Shown: positions 25,215 through 39,235, counted from the first letter of the stretch. The stretch: DNA of 64,000 nucleotides from Eledone cirrhosa (GCA_964016885.1 OZ024741.1:239568001-239632000); one strand, 5' to 3'. The notes: generated by a model from the sequence alone, not told the origin. Numbers and translations: made by a program.

Positions 25215-27217
25215 TCTACTCATAATATAATAAAGTGCGGGATTGTGTCCTAAATATATTTTTTTATCCCGTTAGTAAAATAAGTTGGATTAAAATAAGT
25301 TGGATTAAATATTAAATATTACATAATTTATATACTAAATTTTGTAGCTGTTGATTCATATTATCATCATCACCGTTTTACGTCCGTTCTTCCATGCTAG
25401 CATGGGTTAGACGGGTTGTCCTGTTGTGGGCAGTGTCTGGTCAGCTGACCATGCCTTGCTCATACAGGAACTGATTTGGCTTGATTTCTACAGCTGGATG
25501 CCCTTCCTAACACCAACCTCATTTACAGTGAGTGCTCGGTGCTTTTTTGCCGTGGCGCCTCCACGACCACTTTGCAGTGGGAGGAGATGGGGTCATATTG
25601 TCTATATGCTTCAGCTTCGGCTTGTACCTGTGGGAAGTCGGGTCTTCTGTATTACTGCGTGACGCCAGAGGTGCAATTGGGTAAGGTCGGCTTTTATCAC
25701 CTCATCCCAGGTCTTCTTCGGTCTCCCCACTCGGCGGCTTCCATCGACTTCTAGTGCTCTGCACCTTTTTATGCAGCTGTCATCCTTTATATTCATCACA
25801 TGTCCATACCAACACAACCTCCTCTCCTGCACACAGCATTTGATTCCTCTTATGCTTTGTCGTTCGCGTATATTACTATTACACATCCATCGGAGCATGC
25901 AAGCTTCATTTCTTTCTAATCTACACAAGTCTTCTACAGACAGCGCGCCCAGGTTTCACTACCATGTAACATTACTGTTCGTATACATGCATCATACAGT
26001 CTGCCTTTCATTTTGAGGGGAAAGCCTTTTGCAGCTAGCAGTGGCTCCCTGAACTTCTTCCATCCTATTCTTACCCTAGTTATTGTACTTTCCGAACACC
26101 CACCTCTGCTGCTAATTCGGTCACCTAGGTAGCAAAAGCTGTCTACTGTTTCTACAGAGTCCTCTCAGAGTTTGGTGGTGCTTGTTTGCTGTGGCCATTT
26201 GCTGCTTGTTGTCCCAGCGCAACTGTTACATGTGAAGCCTACATTCTTAGCTAAGCTTCCTGAGATCCCACTACATCTCTTGTGTACCCATTGTTTGCAT
26301 TTGGGGCAGAGGATGGAGTTCCTACCTACACCTTTCCTACATACTGAGCAAGGCCATTTCCCTGAGGGGATCTGGGTTCTGTTTTCTCGTCTACTTACAA
26401 GGACCTTAGTCTTTGTCAGGTTGACTTTGAGACCTTTTCTTTCTAGTCCCTGCTTCCATGTTTGGAATTTTTTCTCTAGTTCCACCATAGATTCAGCTAT
26501 AAGTGTGAGATCATCCGCATATAGGAGTTCCCATGAGCATCCGGTCTTAAACTCCTCCTGTACAGCCTGCAAACCTATAATGAACAAGAGAAGGCTAAGA
26601 ACAGAGCTCTGGTGGACACCGACCTGTATCTAAATTCCTCGCTATAGTCATTGCTAACCCTACCTTTGCTGACTGCTCCCCTATACATGGCTTGTACAGC
26701 TTTCACAAGCCATTCATCTACTCCTAGTTTTCTAAGAGCCCACCAGATTATAGCACGGGGGACTCTGTGAAAGGCTTTTTCCAGATCAACGAATGCAGGT
26801 AGATTAAACATAAATATTCTTATATATAATGATTGCTTATTTTAAGATTCACTTTAAAATTTTCAAATATCAATACTTCTGGTTATGATATAACGCACTA
26901 TATTATATCGCTTATATAAACGTTCATATATTTGCATCGTTATATAATGTTTATATATCTGTCGCTAATTTTCTCCTTTTTCGTTTTCATTACATTTCAC
27001 CGTAATGCAGTTTATATAAAATATATTTTTTAAATGTATCGTGGATCACTTTACTGATTGCAGAAGAGAGTAAGTGTCTCTTCAATTTCTGTGCATATTA
27101 TCAATTACGATTTTATTTGATGTATCATATCTAAATGCATGTATATTTGCATATAATATCAATATGCACACTATACATGCTAGCAGAAAACCAACCAAAG
27201 GGTGGTTTTTCTGCTAG
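25215..27217 (+). mobile_element. Putative non-autonomous Helitron-like element interrupted by the RTE fragment
   Basis: Absent from the paralogous intron of gene A. Starts TCTACTCATAATATAATAAAG and ends in a hairpin (CTAGCAGAAAACC...GGTTTTTCTGCTAG) with terminal CTAG followed by T; no TSD. Confidence 0.55.
25363..26802 (-). mobile_element. 5'-truncated, decayed RTE LINE in intron 3 of gene D
   Basis: AFVDLEKAF, LLYADD, WPCSVCRKGVGRNSILCPKCKQWVHKRC, RRLCWYGHV, GRPKKTW, (GAT)n tail; same family as 40440-43942. Confidence 0.92.
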
Positions 27218-27235
27218 TGAATTTAATAACAGACA

Positions 27236-27584
27236 TCATCATCATTCATCATCATCATTTCATTTTACGTCTGCTTTTCCCTGCTTGCAAGGGTGGGACG
27301 GGAACTGATTCTGGCTTGATTTCTACAGCTGGATGCCCTTCCTAACACCAACCTCATTTACAGCGAGTGCTGGGTGCTTTTTTGCCGTGGCACCTCCACG
27401 ACCACTTTGCAGTGGAATGATAGAGACCCCAGTCCCTATCATCTCATTTCTACAGCTGAGTAAACTGGAGCAATGTGAAATAAAGTGTCTTGCTCAAGGA
27501 AACAACACATCACCCGGTCTGAGAATTGAACTCACAACCTTTCGATTGCAAGGCCAATGCTCTAACCACTAAGCCATGTGCCTC
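27236..27584 (-). mobile_element. tRNA-derived SINE with CORE-like centre and RTE-derived 3' tail
   Basis: A box TGGCTTAGTGG, B box GAGTTCAATTC, CCTTGAGCAAGACACTT centre; tail nearly identical to the LINE 3' UTR at ~25370-25580; TSD CAGACA (27230-27235 and 27585-27590). Confidence 0.85.
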
Positions 27585-27612
27585 CAGACAAAGATAAATA
27601 AAATTGCTTTAC

Positions 27613-27763
27613 CTGACATTGCTGGTATTTCTTCATACTGTCTACTTGACCTTTCACTCCAGCACTGTCCACTACTCTTACGACTGGTCAATGTATCAGT
27701 GGGATAGTTAGAAGATGGTCTGTTGTCTCCATAAGATGTTACCTCTATAGGTTGACTGTATTT
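27613..27763 (-). CDS. Pcdh: Gene D cytoplasmic exon (151 nt)
   Basis: Canonical AG/GT boundaries; paralogous sequence. Confidence 0.9.
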
Positions 27764-28474
27764 CTGCAGTAAAATATAGGTACAATATAGATAGGGTGTA
27801 AAGATATATGGTACCTTTATCTATAAAGAAATCAAAACAATTCTATAGATGCTTCTTATCTGACATCTTTCAATCCTACCATAGAAAATGTACCCAGTAT
27901 ACATAAGTCAAAGGCAGATGTATTGCAGATAATTTTCTTATAGATCACAATTAAAAAGAGAAGTGTTAATAGCATTTTTAGACCTTTCTTTATTGGTGAC
28001 AATATCAATTTAAATTCTGAGTGACTTAGTATGTTTGTAATGCAATGTTAGATTCATACCAGGCAGTAAATTCAACAGATTTGTCTTAAAAAGTAAATTG
28101 GATCATAGAATGTAGGCTAGATCCATAAAGTTACTTAAGATCTTATGAATAAATTTAAACTTAGACTTGCTAAAAACGAAGTTATTTAGACTGTGCAAAG
28201 TATGAATAAATCTACGATTCTTCTGGTGAGGGTCATGTAAGTGAGTCTCTTGCCAACAAATATTGTACAATATGCAAACAGCAATAAGTCTTTGATATTT
28301 CAAGAAGTAGCACATTACATTTTTCATCAGAACATCATAATATCATATTTTCAATCAGAGATATTCTATATGAAAAGAGTTCTCTTAAATTAAAAAAGTC
28401 AATATATAAGAAATAATATCCTACTTGATCAAATATTATTTATTAACAGATAGAAAATATGTAATACAGTTTAC

Positions 28475-30844
28475 CTTTGTAGATTTTTGGAGAGATCTGT
28501 TCATTGTTGATGTCTTCCAGTCTTCAGGATAGTAATGGCTTCTAGACTGACTATATCTGTCAGATATATCTCCTCGATTACCTGACATCACAGATACACT
28601 GTTGTTACCTTGATAGATCAACTGTCTCATCTCATTACGACATTGGTATGCCTGTTTCTCTTCTGTTGTTCTAGCTGAGTTATTTCTCACATTGTTACAT
28701 CTCACAATACACAATGTTATAGAAACCACAATAGCTATAGATACTATCACAGCTGCTACTACAATGATAATCAACAATGTTGCATCTATTGTGTTATCAG
28801 TTGATACAGGGACAGCTGTGAACATTGGTGATGTCTTGTTACTAACAGTCAGTGTTAAAGAGACACTAGTTGTTGCTGACAGAACTGGAGTACCACTGTC
28901 TTTCACAACAAACTCCAGTTGATATGACCCGGCATCATTTTGGTAAACTGTGCGAGAGTAAGATAAGACACCAGTGAATGAGTCCAGTTTAAATAATTGT
29001 CTCTCATTACCTGAAAGGATTTCATACCTGAGAAAAGCATTCATGTGACTGTCTATATCAGAGGCTTTCAGAAGTGTTATGTCATTCTTACTTTGTGGAT
29101 GATAGTGGACATCAAGGGTGAAAGGGTCAACATTAGGAAATGTAAAATATGGAGCATTATCATTTTTATCTAATACTTCCACTTCAACATTCACTGTGTT
29201 ATTTAGAGATGGTGTTCCATTGTCTTTGACAAAAACCTCAAAGTCATAGAAATCTCTGTGTTCTCTGTCTAAAGACTGGTTTGTTGAAATAAAGCCGGAG
29301 TTGATAATCTGGAATGGTAGATGATATTGGTGTTTATTTCTCAGATAATAACTTAATTCACCTCCCTTACCAACATCTGGGTCTGTAGCATTGATAAAAC
29401 CAATAGGGAAATTAGCTTTGTCATTCTCATAGGTAAGGAACTTGAATATATCTTTGGTAAAGTGTGGTTTTACATCATTCACATCTAACACTTGTATTGA
29501 GAGATCTTTATCAGTTTTGAGAGGAGGTAATCCTTTATCTTGACAGGAGACAGTAAAGTGATAATGTTCCTGTGTCTCTCTGTCTACTGCTTTCTTTAGA
29601 ACTATTTTATATTCTTTAGATCCCATTGACTGTAGTTTGAATGTATCATGTTTGATATTACAGCTGACCTCTCCATTGTGTCCAACATCATTGTCAGTGA
29701 CCATCACATAAGCAATGAAACTACCAACTTTGATATCTTCCAGAATGGTAGCTGTGTTGTGATTCTCTGTAGAAATATAGTTGACATCAATATTTGGAGG
29801 ATTGTTTTGTTGGTTGATAACATTTACCATAACAGTTGCTATGGAACTAAGAGATGGACTGCCATTATCTCTAGCTTCAATATATAATTTAAAAGATTCT
29901 TCCAAACCAATTTCTGAAGATTTAGCTAAATATAATTTTCCAGTATTTTCATTCAGAACAAAATTCTGTCTCATTTTCTTTGTACTTTTTCTACCAAAAT
30001 AGAAAGATATTTCACCATTTCTGCCAATATCTAAATCATTGGCAGATAATGTCACTACTGGAATATTCTTTTTATGTTTATGTTCAATAGAAACATTATA
30101 GATACGTTGGGAGAATTCTGGTTTATTATCATTTTCATCTTTAACAGATATTTTAACATTTAACATACTTTGTTTTGGTGGAGTTCCTCCATCTTTAGCA
30201 ATGACTTCAATGTTGTAACTGTCTTTCTTTTCTCTGTCTAATTTCTTTCCTAAAATAATTTCTAATGATGATAATCCGTCATCTTCTTTGGAAGCAGATA
30301 AAGAAAACCATTTATCATCATCTTTTAATTCATATGTAATTAAGCTGTTCTCATATCCCACATCTTTATCAATGGCACTGGGAATGGGTCTCTTCTTACC
30401 ATCTCGATCTCCTTCCCCAAACATAAGAGTGATGTCTTTCTTAGGAAACTCAGGTTGATGGTCATTGATGTCTTCTATTATTACTTTAATTTTTAATATC
30501 TTCATAAATGTCTTGGATTTGTGAACAGCAACTTTAACTATTTCAAAACATTCTTTCTCATAACTACACACAGACTCAGCATCCAATGTCTGAACAGTGT
30601 ACAGTTTACCTGTTTTTGTCACATTGAACAACTGTTCTCCTTTTTGTTGTAGTTGACTAAATGTAATTAAATCCTTATTCTTTAAGGTGTTATCTGATTT
30701 CTGTAAGTCAGTAACAATGTCCCCTACATAAGTATAGGGATTACTTTCTTCTTTAACATGGTATGTGATATGTTCACTTAGATAACAGTGGAAGAAAGTC
30801 AGTAAAATACACAGAAATAACATCATCTCTGCTCTTGATGGCAA
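28475..30844 (-). CDS. Pcdh: Protocadherin gene D, large coding exon
   Basis: 802-aa ORF; donor at 28475; acceptor at 30883. Confidence 0.96.
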
Positions 30845-33800
30845 TACAATTTCCTGGGAAAATTACAGCTTCAAATATTTAATCTGAAATAAAAACAATT
30901 TCAATATTTTAATGGAGTCTGGTACATTAAGTCTTATCTTGATTTATTCATGAAATCCTCATTGTGAACTCAATAAAATTTTCATTATGCCTGATTAAAC
31001 TTAACATATTGCACTTGAAACATTTGCTGTATCTACTATATATTTGAGAGTGTATGTGTGTATGTCACCGAAAGGCTCCAAAATGGTGCACCCTAGAGAA
31101 AAATGGATTTAATTTTTGAAATCTGCATCCAAGTAGGTCTTGAACACATGGAGTTTCTTAATTCAGAAAAAATAAAAAAACAAAAAAAATAAAAAAATAA
31201 TAATACTACCAATCACTGTTACTGTGACATTTTAAGTAATCTGACTTTTATTGATCGTCTCATGCATTCTTTTAATGTGACATTATTCCAGCCATCCATA
31301 CTGTCAGTATCATTTTCGTTATGAAGCAGAGTTGTCCATGCAGAGGTCACCTGATGTTTATATGAAGACACTCATGCTAATGTACACAACAAGCCACTGA
31401 TAGCACTTCAATATACAGCTCCACTGAGTAAATTTCTATAGAAACCTCTTGGGGATGATTCATGATTTACGGAGATGGGTCATGGAGAATAAGTAACAGA
31501 AGATGAGACATGAGGAAGATATGGAATTTAAAAAAAAAATTGAAATAAAGGCATTCTATGGTGAATATTGCCCAGCAACGATGAGTGACACTTCTGTATC
31601 CTAAATATATTCTGGAAAGACAGAGTGACAAATGCAGTGGTTCTGTCTTACATGAACATCCCAGTATGTATGCTTTGCTCAGGCAGCAGAGGTAGTACTG
31701 TCTACGCCACATACAATAAATGATGAGCTGACATCTGCGAGAAGATTCATTTGCCAGCACAAGATGTGCAGCAATGCTTGCATGAGAAATATGAAGGCAC
31801 TCAATATTAATACATAATTCTGAGAGACCTTTTCAAATGACCAGAACTCTGAACTGAAGATAGGAGAAACAAAGCTGTTGGACATTGCAGAAGAAAAGTG
31901 AGCATGAAGAAATACCACAGCAGTATCAACAGATAAATTAACACACATAGATGTGACCACTACATCAGAAACCGTCACTATTGAATTAGACTTTTCAGCT
32001 ACAAGCAGCAGCTTTTAAATATCCAAAAATATATATTTTTAAAACCTACATCAAATACGTCTTTCTTTTTTTTTAAGTAAAGAATATTTTGAGTAAGATA
32101 ATATCTAAGTAATATATATTACTTATATTTTATGAGATATTAAAATATGGGTTTTATCTAATTGGTATCAAATTTTAAAGGGAAATATTAAGATGGGAAA
32201 CTGAAATATAAACAGTACTTAGTATGATGTTTTGAGTTATCTTTCTTGAATAAGAAATAATTTCAGATATTACACAATTTTCAACAAAACTGAAACAACT
32301 TGTAAAGGTAGTGTATAAATCAACATCATATTAAGATATTAACCAATAATAATATTGTTGTGATATTAGTCACAACTGTGTATTCTGTAAAACTGGACGG
32401 AATTACAGATTGAAATTTCTCAAGTATTATATTCTATATTAAACAGTATTGACAAGATATTTATTTACTAACTACTATTGATATATTCAGAGATATATTC
32501 TGAACTGCATAGTATTTAATATAATATAATTAGCATTATCACTTCAATAATTCTTCTCTCAGAAATAACAAATTTTATCAAAACCTGTAGTTGAAGTAAA
32601 GTTATAATTTTAACATCTTGGATGTCCCCTTAAAAACAAATTATTTAGATTGCATTAATTACTTGATTCTTCTATTTGTTATATGAGCAACTTGAGCCTT
32701 TTTCATTTTGTTTCTTTATGTAAAGTATTTTTGAAATTATAATTGAAATATGAATCAAGAGATCCCCCATTTTTCATAACAGGATTTCATTACATTAAAT
32801 TGTGACAGCATTAATCTGAATACATTAAATTTAACATTTTACAACAGAATATATATTTTGTTTAAATATCAAACTAATTTTTTATAAAGTCACCAAATTA
32901 ACAAATTTCCATTTAACTGTTTTCTACAGTTGAAAATAAATAAAATGAAATATAAAGAAATTCTTAAAAATTCTTAATAAATTTCTTTTTCTAATTTTTT
33001 CTGAAATATGAATAAAAAATATTTTGTGTCAACATTGTTAGTCATATATTAAATTGGTCCATCATGTGAATATTTGTTATAAAATATTTACAACATTCTT
33101 GTGATTTAACGCTATGTAAACTACTCTCCAGCAGATCTATGTTCAAAAACATTTCTGCCATAACCATCCATAATTTGCAGCAAGTTGCTTGCTGTTACAA
33201 AAGAAAGTGGATAACAGAATAGGTAACAAGCCATGATTAATGCATCAATTTTGTTTATGCAGGATTAAGGTGACAGATTCTTTATATCTCATTTCCTATA
33301 TATTACTAAAAATTATAACCGGAAATTACATTAATATCATGGATGTATTTCACCTGCAATCTAAAATGTATTAATGTATATTAAAAACAAACATTTACTA
33401 TTTAGGATATGTCATATTTGTAAATATACTAATTAATTTGATTTCTATGAATTGAATTTTTTGAAATTATAACATGAAATGCTAAGCATCAATAGACATA
33501 TATATAGAAATAAAAACTTACACACACATTGCAAATCATATATATGTTTGCATGTAAACATACAGAATTATGTATATAATATTATAACAAATTATTTCAT
33601 AGCCTGGTAATATTTACACTACTATATAATAAATATTGTGAATACATGAAGTATATTATATTAACATATATTCTTCTCCCTCACTGTTTCTTACAAAATA
33701 CTTGATAGCCATATTGGTAAAGAAGACATTCAATGAGAACTAACACAGATCTAATATGGCCACCATTACAATCTTATATTTTGATGTTATAATATAGCTA

Positions 33801-33857
33801 TATATGAAGTTATTATTTTACATGACTGGATAAATAATATAGAATAATAAAACTTAC

Positions 33858-34350
33858 ATTCATTGTGTAAAATCCTTTGTTATAAACTGTGAGTTGGTCC
33901 CAATGTTCTGTTGTTAATGGTTGTCTGTGTCACTGCTGCTATGGTGTGACAATGGCTTCATGTTGATGGAATAGTGTTGGTAGTGAGTCAGAGGGAACCA
34001 GCAGTTCCTCTCAGTCTTCTGTGTATGTGTGATGTTTACTGAGTGTGAGTGTGTGTGAGAGAAAGAGAGGTGGGGGAAGGTGATGCTTACTCCAGCCTCA
34101 CTCAGACTAGATGTGTTTCCCCTCACAGAGAAGAGGGAGAGAGAGAGAGAAGACACTATATCAGCTCTACTAACAGTCAGCCATAATATGTCTATATAAT
34201 ACCAATATGTCTGATGTAGAGAAACTTAGAAGAGAGAGCTTATATTAACAAAATATGGCTGATGTTGTTAATGTGTGTATAATTTAAAGTAGAAATAAAA
34301 TATGAACAATAATAGTTAGCATGTCTGACCTGATTATAAACTAACTCTTC
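33858..34350 (-). promoter_or_regulatory. Promoter and non-coding first exon (~33858-34171) of gene D
   Basis: Same cassette with |GTAAGT donor. Confidence 0.7.
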
Positions 34351-34591
34351 TATTCAAGATATACTTAGAAACGTTTAAAGATGATATGCAATCTATGCAA
34401 AATATATTAACATTTACAATAATGTATTTACTATTTATTTAGATTTATATTTAAATCCAATTACTCAGTAAATTCCTATACAAATTTCACTTACCCTCAG
34501 TTATATCTACTAACTAATATACTTCTGTAGTTTTAATTATTGTGTGAATGTTGAATTTCATATTTCTATTGTGTTAACTTCTCAGTCTGAC

Positions 34592-34698
34592 TTAACTGAC
34601 AACAACATCTGGTGTTGAAGGTAACTGTCTCTCTGGAGGTTTCACATATCTGTCTCTCTCATTGTTGCTTGATACATCAGGTGGGACACCATAGATAC
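34592..34698 (-). CDS. Pcdh: Gene E terminal coding exon (107 nt; in-frame 12-nt deletion of DHYQ)
   Basis: Paralogous exon lacking TGGTAATGGTCT (plus strand); frame and stop retained. Confidence 0.87.
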
Positions 34699-35056
34699 CT
34701 GAAACAAGTACATCAACTCAACATACCATACAGTTCACATAGACAGACTTTATAGACATTATCAATATTTTGTCCACTACATACACTAAACTAAGATAGA
34801 AAGTAATAATCATAACAGAATTAATAACATGCCATACAATTGTAACTTTACAATCTTAAACATTAATAAATAACTAAAACAATATATTTAGTAATTTAAG
34901 ATCAATATTACATTCATTGAACATTAAGTTTTTTAATTGACAACATGAGTAAAAGTAATAAATTTGGGAAGTCATTAAAACACAATGCTTTGTTAAGGAC
35001 TTACTCCAATATGTAACAGAGAAAGATGATAAACATTAATGAAAATATTCTTTTAC

Positions 35057-35207
35057 CTGACATTGCTGGTATTTCTTCATACTGTCTACTTGACCTCTCA
35101 CTCCAGCACTGTCCACTACTCTTACGACTGGTCAATGTATCAGTGGGATAGTTAGAAGATGGTCTGTTGTCTCCATAAGATGTCACCTCTATAGGTTGAC
35201 TGTATTT
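35057..35207 (-). CDS. Pcdh: Gene E cytoplasmic exon (151 nt)
   Basis: CATCAG| acceptor, |GTAAAA donor. Confidence 0.9.
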
Positions 35208-35891
35208 CTGATGGAAAATATAGTTACAATATAGATAGGGTGTAAAGATACATGGTACCATTATCTATAAAGAAAACAAAACAATTCTATAAATGCTTCT
35301 TATCTGACAACTTTCAATCCTACCATAGAAAATGTACCCAGTATACATAAGTCAAAGGCAGATGTATTGCAGATAATTTTCTTATAGATCACAATTAAAA
35401 AGAGAAGTGTTAATAGCATTTTTAGACCTTTATTTATTGGTGACAATATCAATTTAAATTCTGAGTGACTTAGTATGTTTGTAATGAAATGTAGTCATAG
35501 CTGACAGAGAATTCAGCCTATTTATTTTAGAGAGTAATCTGAATCCTACAAAGATCATATAAATAAATGTTAGACTTGCTAAAAACGAAGTTATTTAGAC
35601 TGTGCAATGTATGAATAAATCTACGATTCTTCTGGTGAGGGCCATGTAAGCGAGTCACTTGCCAACAAATATTTTACAATATGCAAACAACAATAAGTCT
35701 CTGATGATTTCATGTTTCAAGAAGTAGCAGATTACATTTTTCGTCAGAACATCATAATATCATATTTTCAATCGGAGATATTCGATATAAAAAGAGTTCT
35801 CTTAAATTAAAAGAGTAACTATATAAGAAATAATATCCTACTTGATCAAATATTATTTATTAACAGATAGAAAATATATAATAGAATTTAC

Positions 35892-38264
35892 CTTTGTGGA
35901 TTTCTGAAGAGATCTGTTCATTGTTGATGTCTTCCAGTCTTCAGGATAGTAATGACTTCTAGACTGACTATATCTGTCTGATATCTCTCCTCGATTACCT
36001 GACATCACAGATACACTGTTGTTACCTTGATAGATCAACTGTCTCATCTCATTACGACATTGGTATGCCTGTTTCTCTTCTGTTGTTCTAGCTGAGTTAT
36101 TTCTTACATTGTTACATCTCACAATACACAATGTTATAGAAACCACAATAGCTATAGATACTATCACAGCTGCTACTACAATGATAATCAACAATGTTGC
36201 ATCTATTGTGTTATCAGTTGATACAGGGACAGCTGTGAACATTGGTGATGTCTTGTTACTAACAGTCAGTGTCAAAGAGACACTAGTTGTTGCTGACAGA
36301 ACTGGAGTACCACTGTCTTTCACAACAAACTCCAGTTGATATGATCCAGCATCATTTTGGTAAACTGTGCGAGAGTAAGATAAGACACCAGTGAATGAGT
36401 CCAGTTTAAATAATTGTCTCTCATTACCTGAAAGCATTTCATACCTGAGAAAAGCATTCATGTGACTGTCTATATCAGAGGCTTTCAGAAGTGTGATGTC
36501 ATTCTTACTTTGTGGATGATAGTGGACATCAAGAGTGAAAGGGTCAACACTAGGAAATGTAAAATATGGAGCATTATCATTTTTATCTAATACTTCCACC
36601 TCAACATTCACTGTGTTATTTAGAGATGGGGTTCCATTGTCTTTGACAAAAACCTCAAAGTCATAGAAATCTCTGTGTTCTCTGTCTAAAGACTGGTTTG
36701 TTGAAATAAAACCAGAGTTGATTATCTGGAATGGTAGATGATATTGGTGTTTATTTCTCAGATAATAACTTAATTCACCTCCCTTACCAACATCTGGGTC
36801 TGTAGCATTGATAAAACCAATAGGGAAATTAGCTTTGTCATTTTCATAGGTAAGGAACTTGAATGTATCTTTGGTAAAGTGTGGTTTTACATCATTCACA
36901 TCTAACACTTGTATTGAGAGATCTTTATCAGTTTTGAGAGGAGGTAATCCTTTATCTTGACAAGAGACAGTAAAGTGATAATGTTCCTGTGTCTCTCTGT
37001 CTACTGCTTTCTTTAGAACTATTTTATATTCTTTAGATCCCATTGACTGTAGTTTGAATGTATCATGTTTGATATCACAGCTGACTTCTCCATTGTGTCC
37101 AACATCATTGTCAGTGACCATCACATAAGCAATGAAACTACCAACTTTGATATCTTCCAGAATGGTAGCTGTGTTGTGATTCTCTGTAGAAATATAGTTG
37201 ACATCAATATTTGGAGGATTGTTGTGTTGGTTGATAACATTAACCATAACAGTTGTAATGGAACTAAGAGGAGGGCTGCCTCCATCTCTGGCTTCAATGT
37301 ATAATTTAAAAGACTCTTCTATATCAATTTCTGAAGATTTAGCTAAATATAACTTTCCAGTATTTTCATCTAAATCAAAGAATCTTTCCATTTTCTCTGA
37401 AGTTGTCTTTGCAAAATAGAAAGATATTTTACCATTCCTGCCAATATCTAAATCATTGGCAGATAATGTCACTACTGGAATATTCTTTTTATGGTCATGT
37501 TGTATAGACACATTGTAGATACTTTTGGAAAATTCTGGTTTATTATCATTTTCATCTTCAACAGATATTTTAACACTTAAAATACTTTGTTTTGGTGGAG
37601 TTCCACCATCTTTAGCAATGACTTCAATATTGTAACTGTCTTTCTTTTCTCTATCTAATTTATCTTCCAAAATAATTTCTAACGTTGATATTCCACCAGC
37701 TTCCTTGGAAACACTTAATGAAAAGTGTTTCTCATAATCTTTTAGTTCATATTTAATTAATCTGTTTTGATAACCTACATCTTTGTCAACAGCATTGGGT
37801 ATTGATAGTTTTGATCCTTTGCCATCTCTCTCTGAAAACTGAATATTGACTTGTTCAGTTGGAAACTCAGGTTGATGGTCATTGATGTCTTCTATTATTA
37901 CTTTAATTTTTAATATCTTCATAAATGTCTTGAATTTGTGAACAGCAACTTTCACTATTTCAAAACATTCTTTCTCATAACTACACACAGACTCAGCATC
38001 CAATGTCTGAACAGTGTACAGTTTACCTGTTTTTGTCACATTGAACAATTGTTCTCCCTTTTGTTGTAGTTGACTAAATGTAATTAAATCCTTACTTTTT
38101 AAGAAGGAGCTATCTGATGTCTGTAAGTCAGTAGCAATGTTCCCTATATAAGTATAGGGATTACTCTCTTCTTTAACACGGTATGTGATATGTTCACTTA
38201 GATAACAGTTGAAGAAAGTCTGTAAAATACACAGAAATAACAACATCTCTTCTCTTGATGGCAA
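35892..38264 (-). CDS. Pcdh: Protocadherin gene E, large coding exon
   Basis: 803-aa ORF; donor at 35892; acceptor at 38303. Confidence 0.96.
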
Positions 38265-38352
38265 TACAGTATCCTGGAGAAATTACAGCTTCAAATATTC
38301 AATCTGAAATTAAATGATTTAATATATTAATGTAAAGTTAATGAAGTACTAT

Positions 38353-38400
38353 AATTTGATAGTTACTATACAAAAAACATGTTATAGTAACTATCAAATT
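38353..38400. repeat. Perfect 18-bp inverted repeat with 12-nt loop
   Basis: AATTTGATAGTTACTATA / TATAGTAACTATCAAATT. Confidence 0.92.
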
Positions 38401-38964
38401 GTTTGTTATAACATCACCTATGAGAAAAGCTAATAATACATATACATGTGAACCAGATTCATATGAAACAATGAAATAATGTTCTAACTCTTTTTACACT
38501 TTTACATTCATTTAAGCTGGTTGTACAAAATTTAAATATTTACATTTAGGCTTTATTTATTAAAACTTTTTATGGCTCTATTATCTGTCTATTATAACTT
38601 TTATATAGAGGGTGGTATCTATTTTCATAAGAAGCTAAAACATTGATATGTTTAATCTCTTCTTAGATTACTTTGACTACAACTAAAGATGACAGTACAA
38701 TATAGTTTGTAAAATGATCGCTAAATTGTATCAGGATTAGATGCACAAATTATACGTTTCCTCCCTTTTTCATAAAAGTGCATTTTTTAAATTATAAAAC
38801 GAAGCAAGGTATTATTTATACCGCAAAATTTTGTAAACATAGCGTAAAAAGTTTAAGCAACAATAATCATAATATTTTAATATCTACTGTTTATTTTGTA
38901 AGACAAAGGGAAATTAGAGATTGAAGTTTCTGAAATATTTTTATCATATTAAACACTGACATTA

Positions 38965-39235
38965 CACACACACACACACATATATACATGTGTGTGTGTG
39001 TGTGTGTGTGAGTGAGTGTGAGTGTGTGAGTGTGTGTGTGTGTGAGTGAGTGTGTGAGTGATTGTGTGCAAGTGTGTGTGTGAGTGTGTGAGAGTGTGTG
39101 TGAGTGAGTGTGTGAATGATTGTGTGTGTGTGTGAGTGAGTGTGTGAGTGGGTGAGTGAGTGAGTGTGTGAGTGAGTGAGTGTGTGAGTGAGTGTGTGTG
39201 AGTGTGTGTGAGAGTGTGTGTGAGTGTGTGTGTGT
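38965..39235. repeat. Compound (CA)n/(GT)n/(GTGA)n microsatellite
   Basis: About 270 bp of GT/GAGT repeats, directly visible. Confidence 0.95.

Noticed and set aside
27500-27584. tRNA-like sequence
   Set aside because: It is the head of a SINE, continuous with the core, tail and TSD; no complete acceptor stem.
31045-31590. ~550-bp insertion in gene D intron 1, possibly a DNA-transposon remnant
   Set aside because: Absent from paralogues, but I could not identify TIRs, a TSD or coding remnants, so it is not classified.
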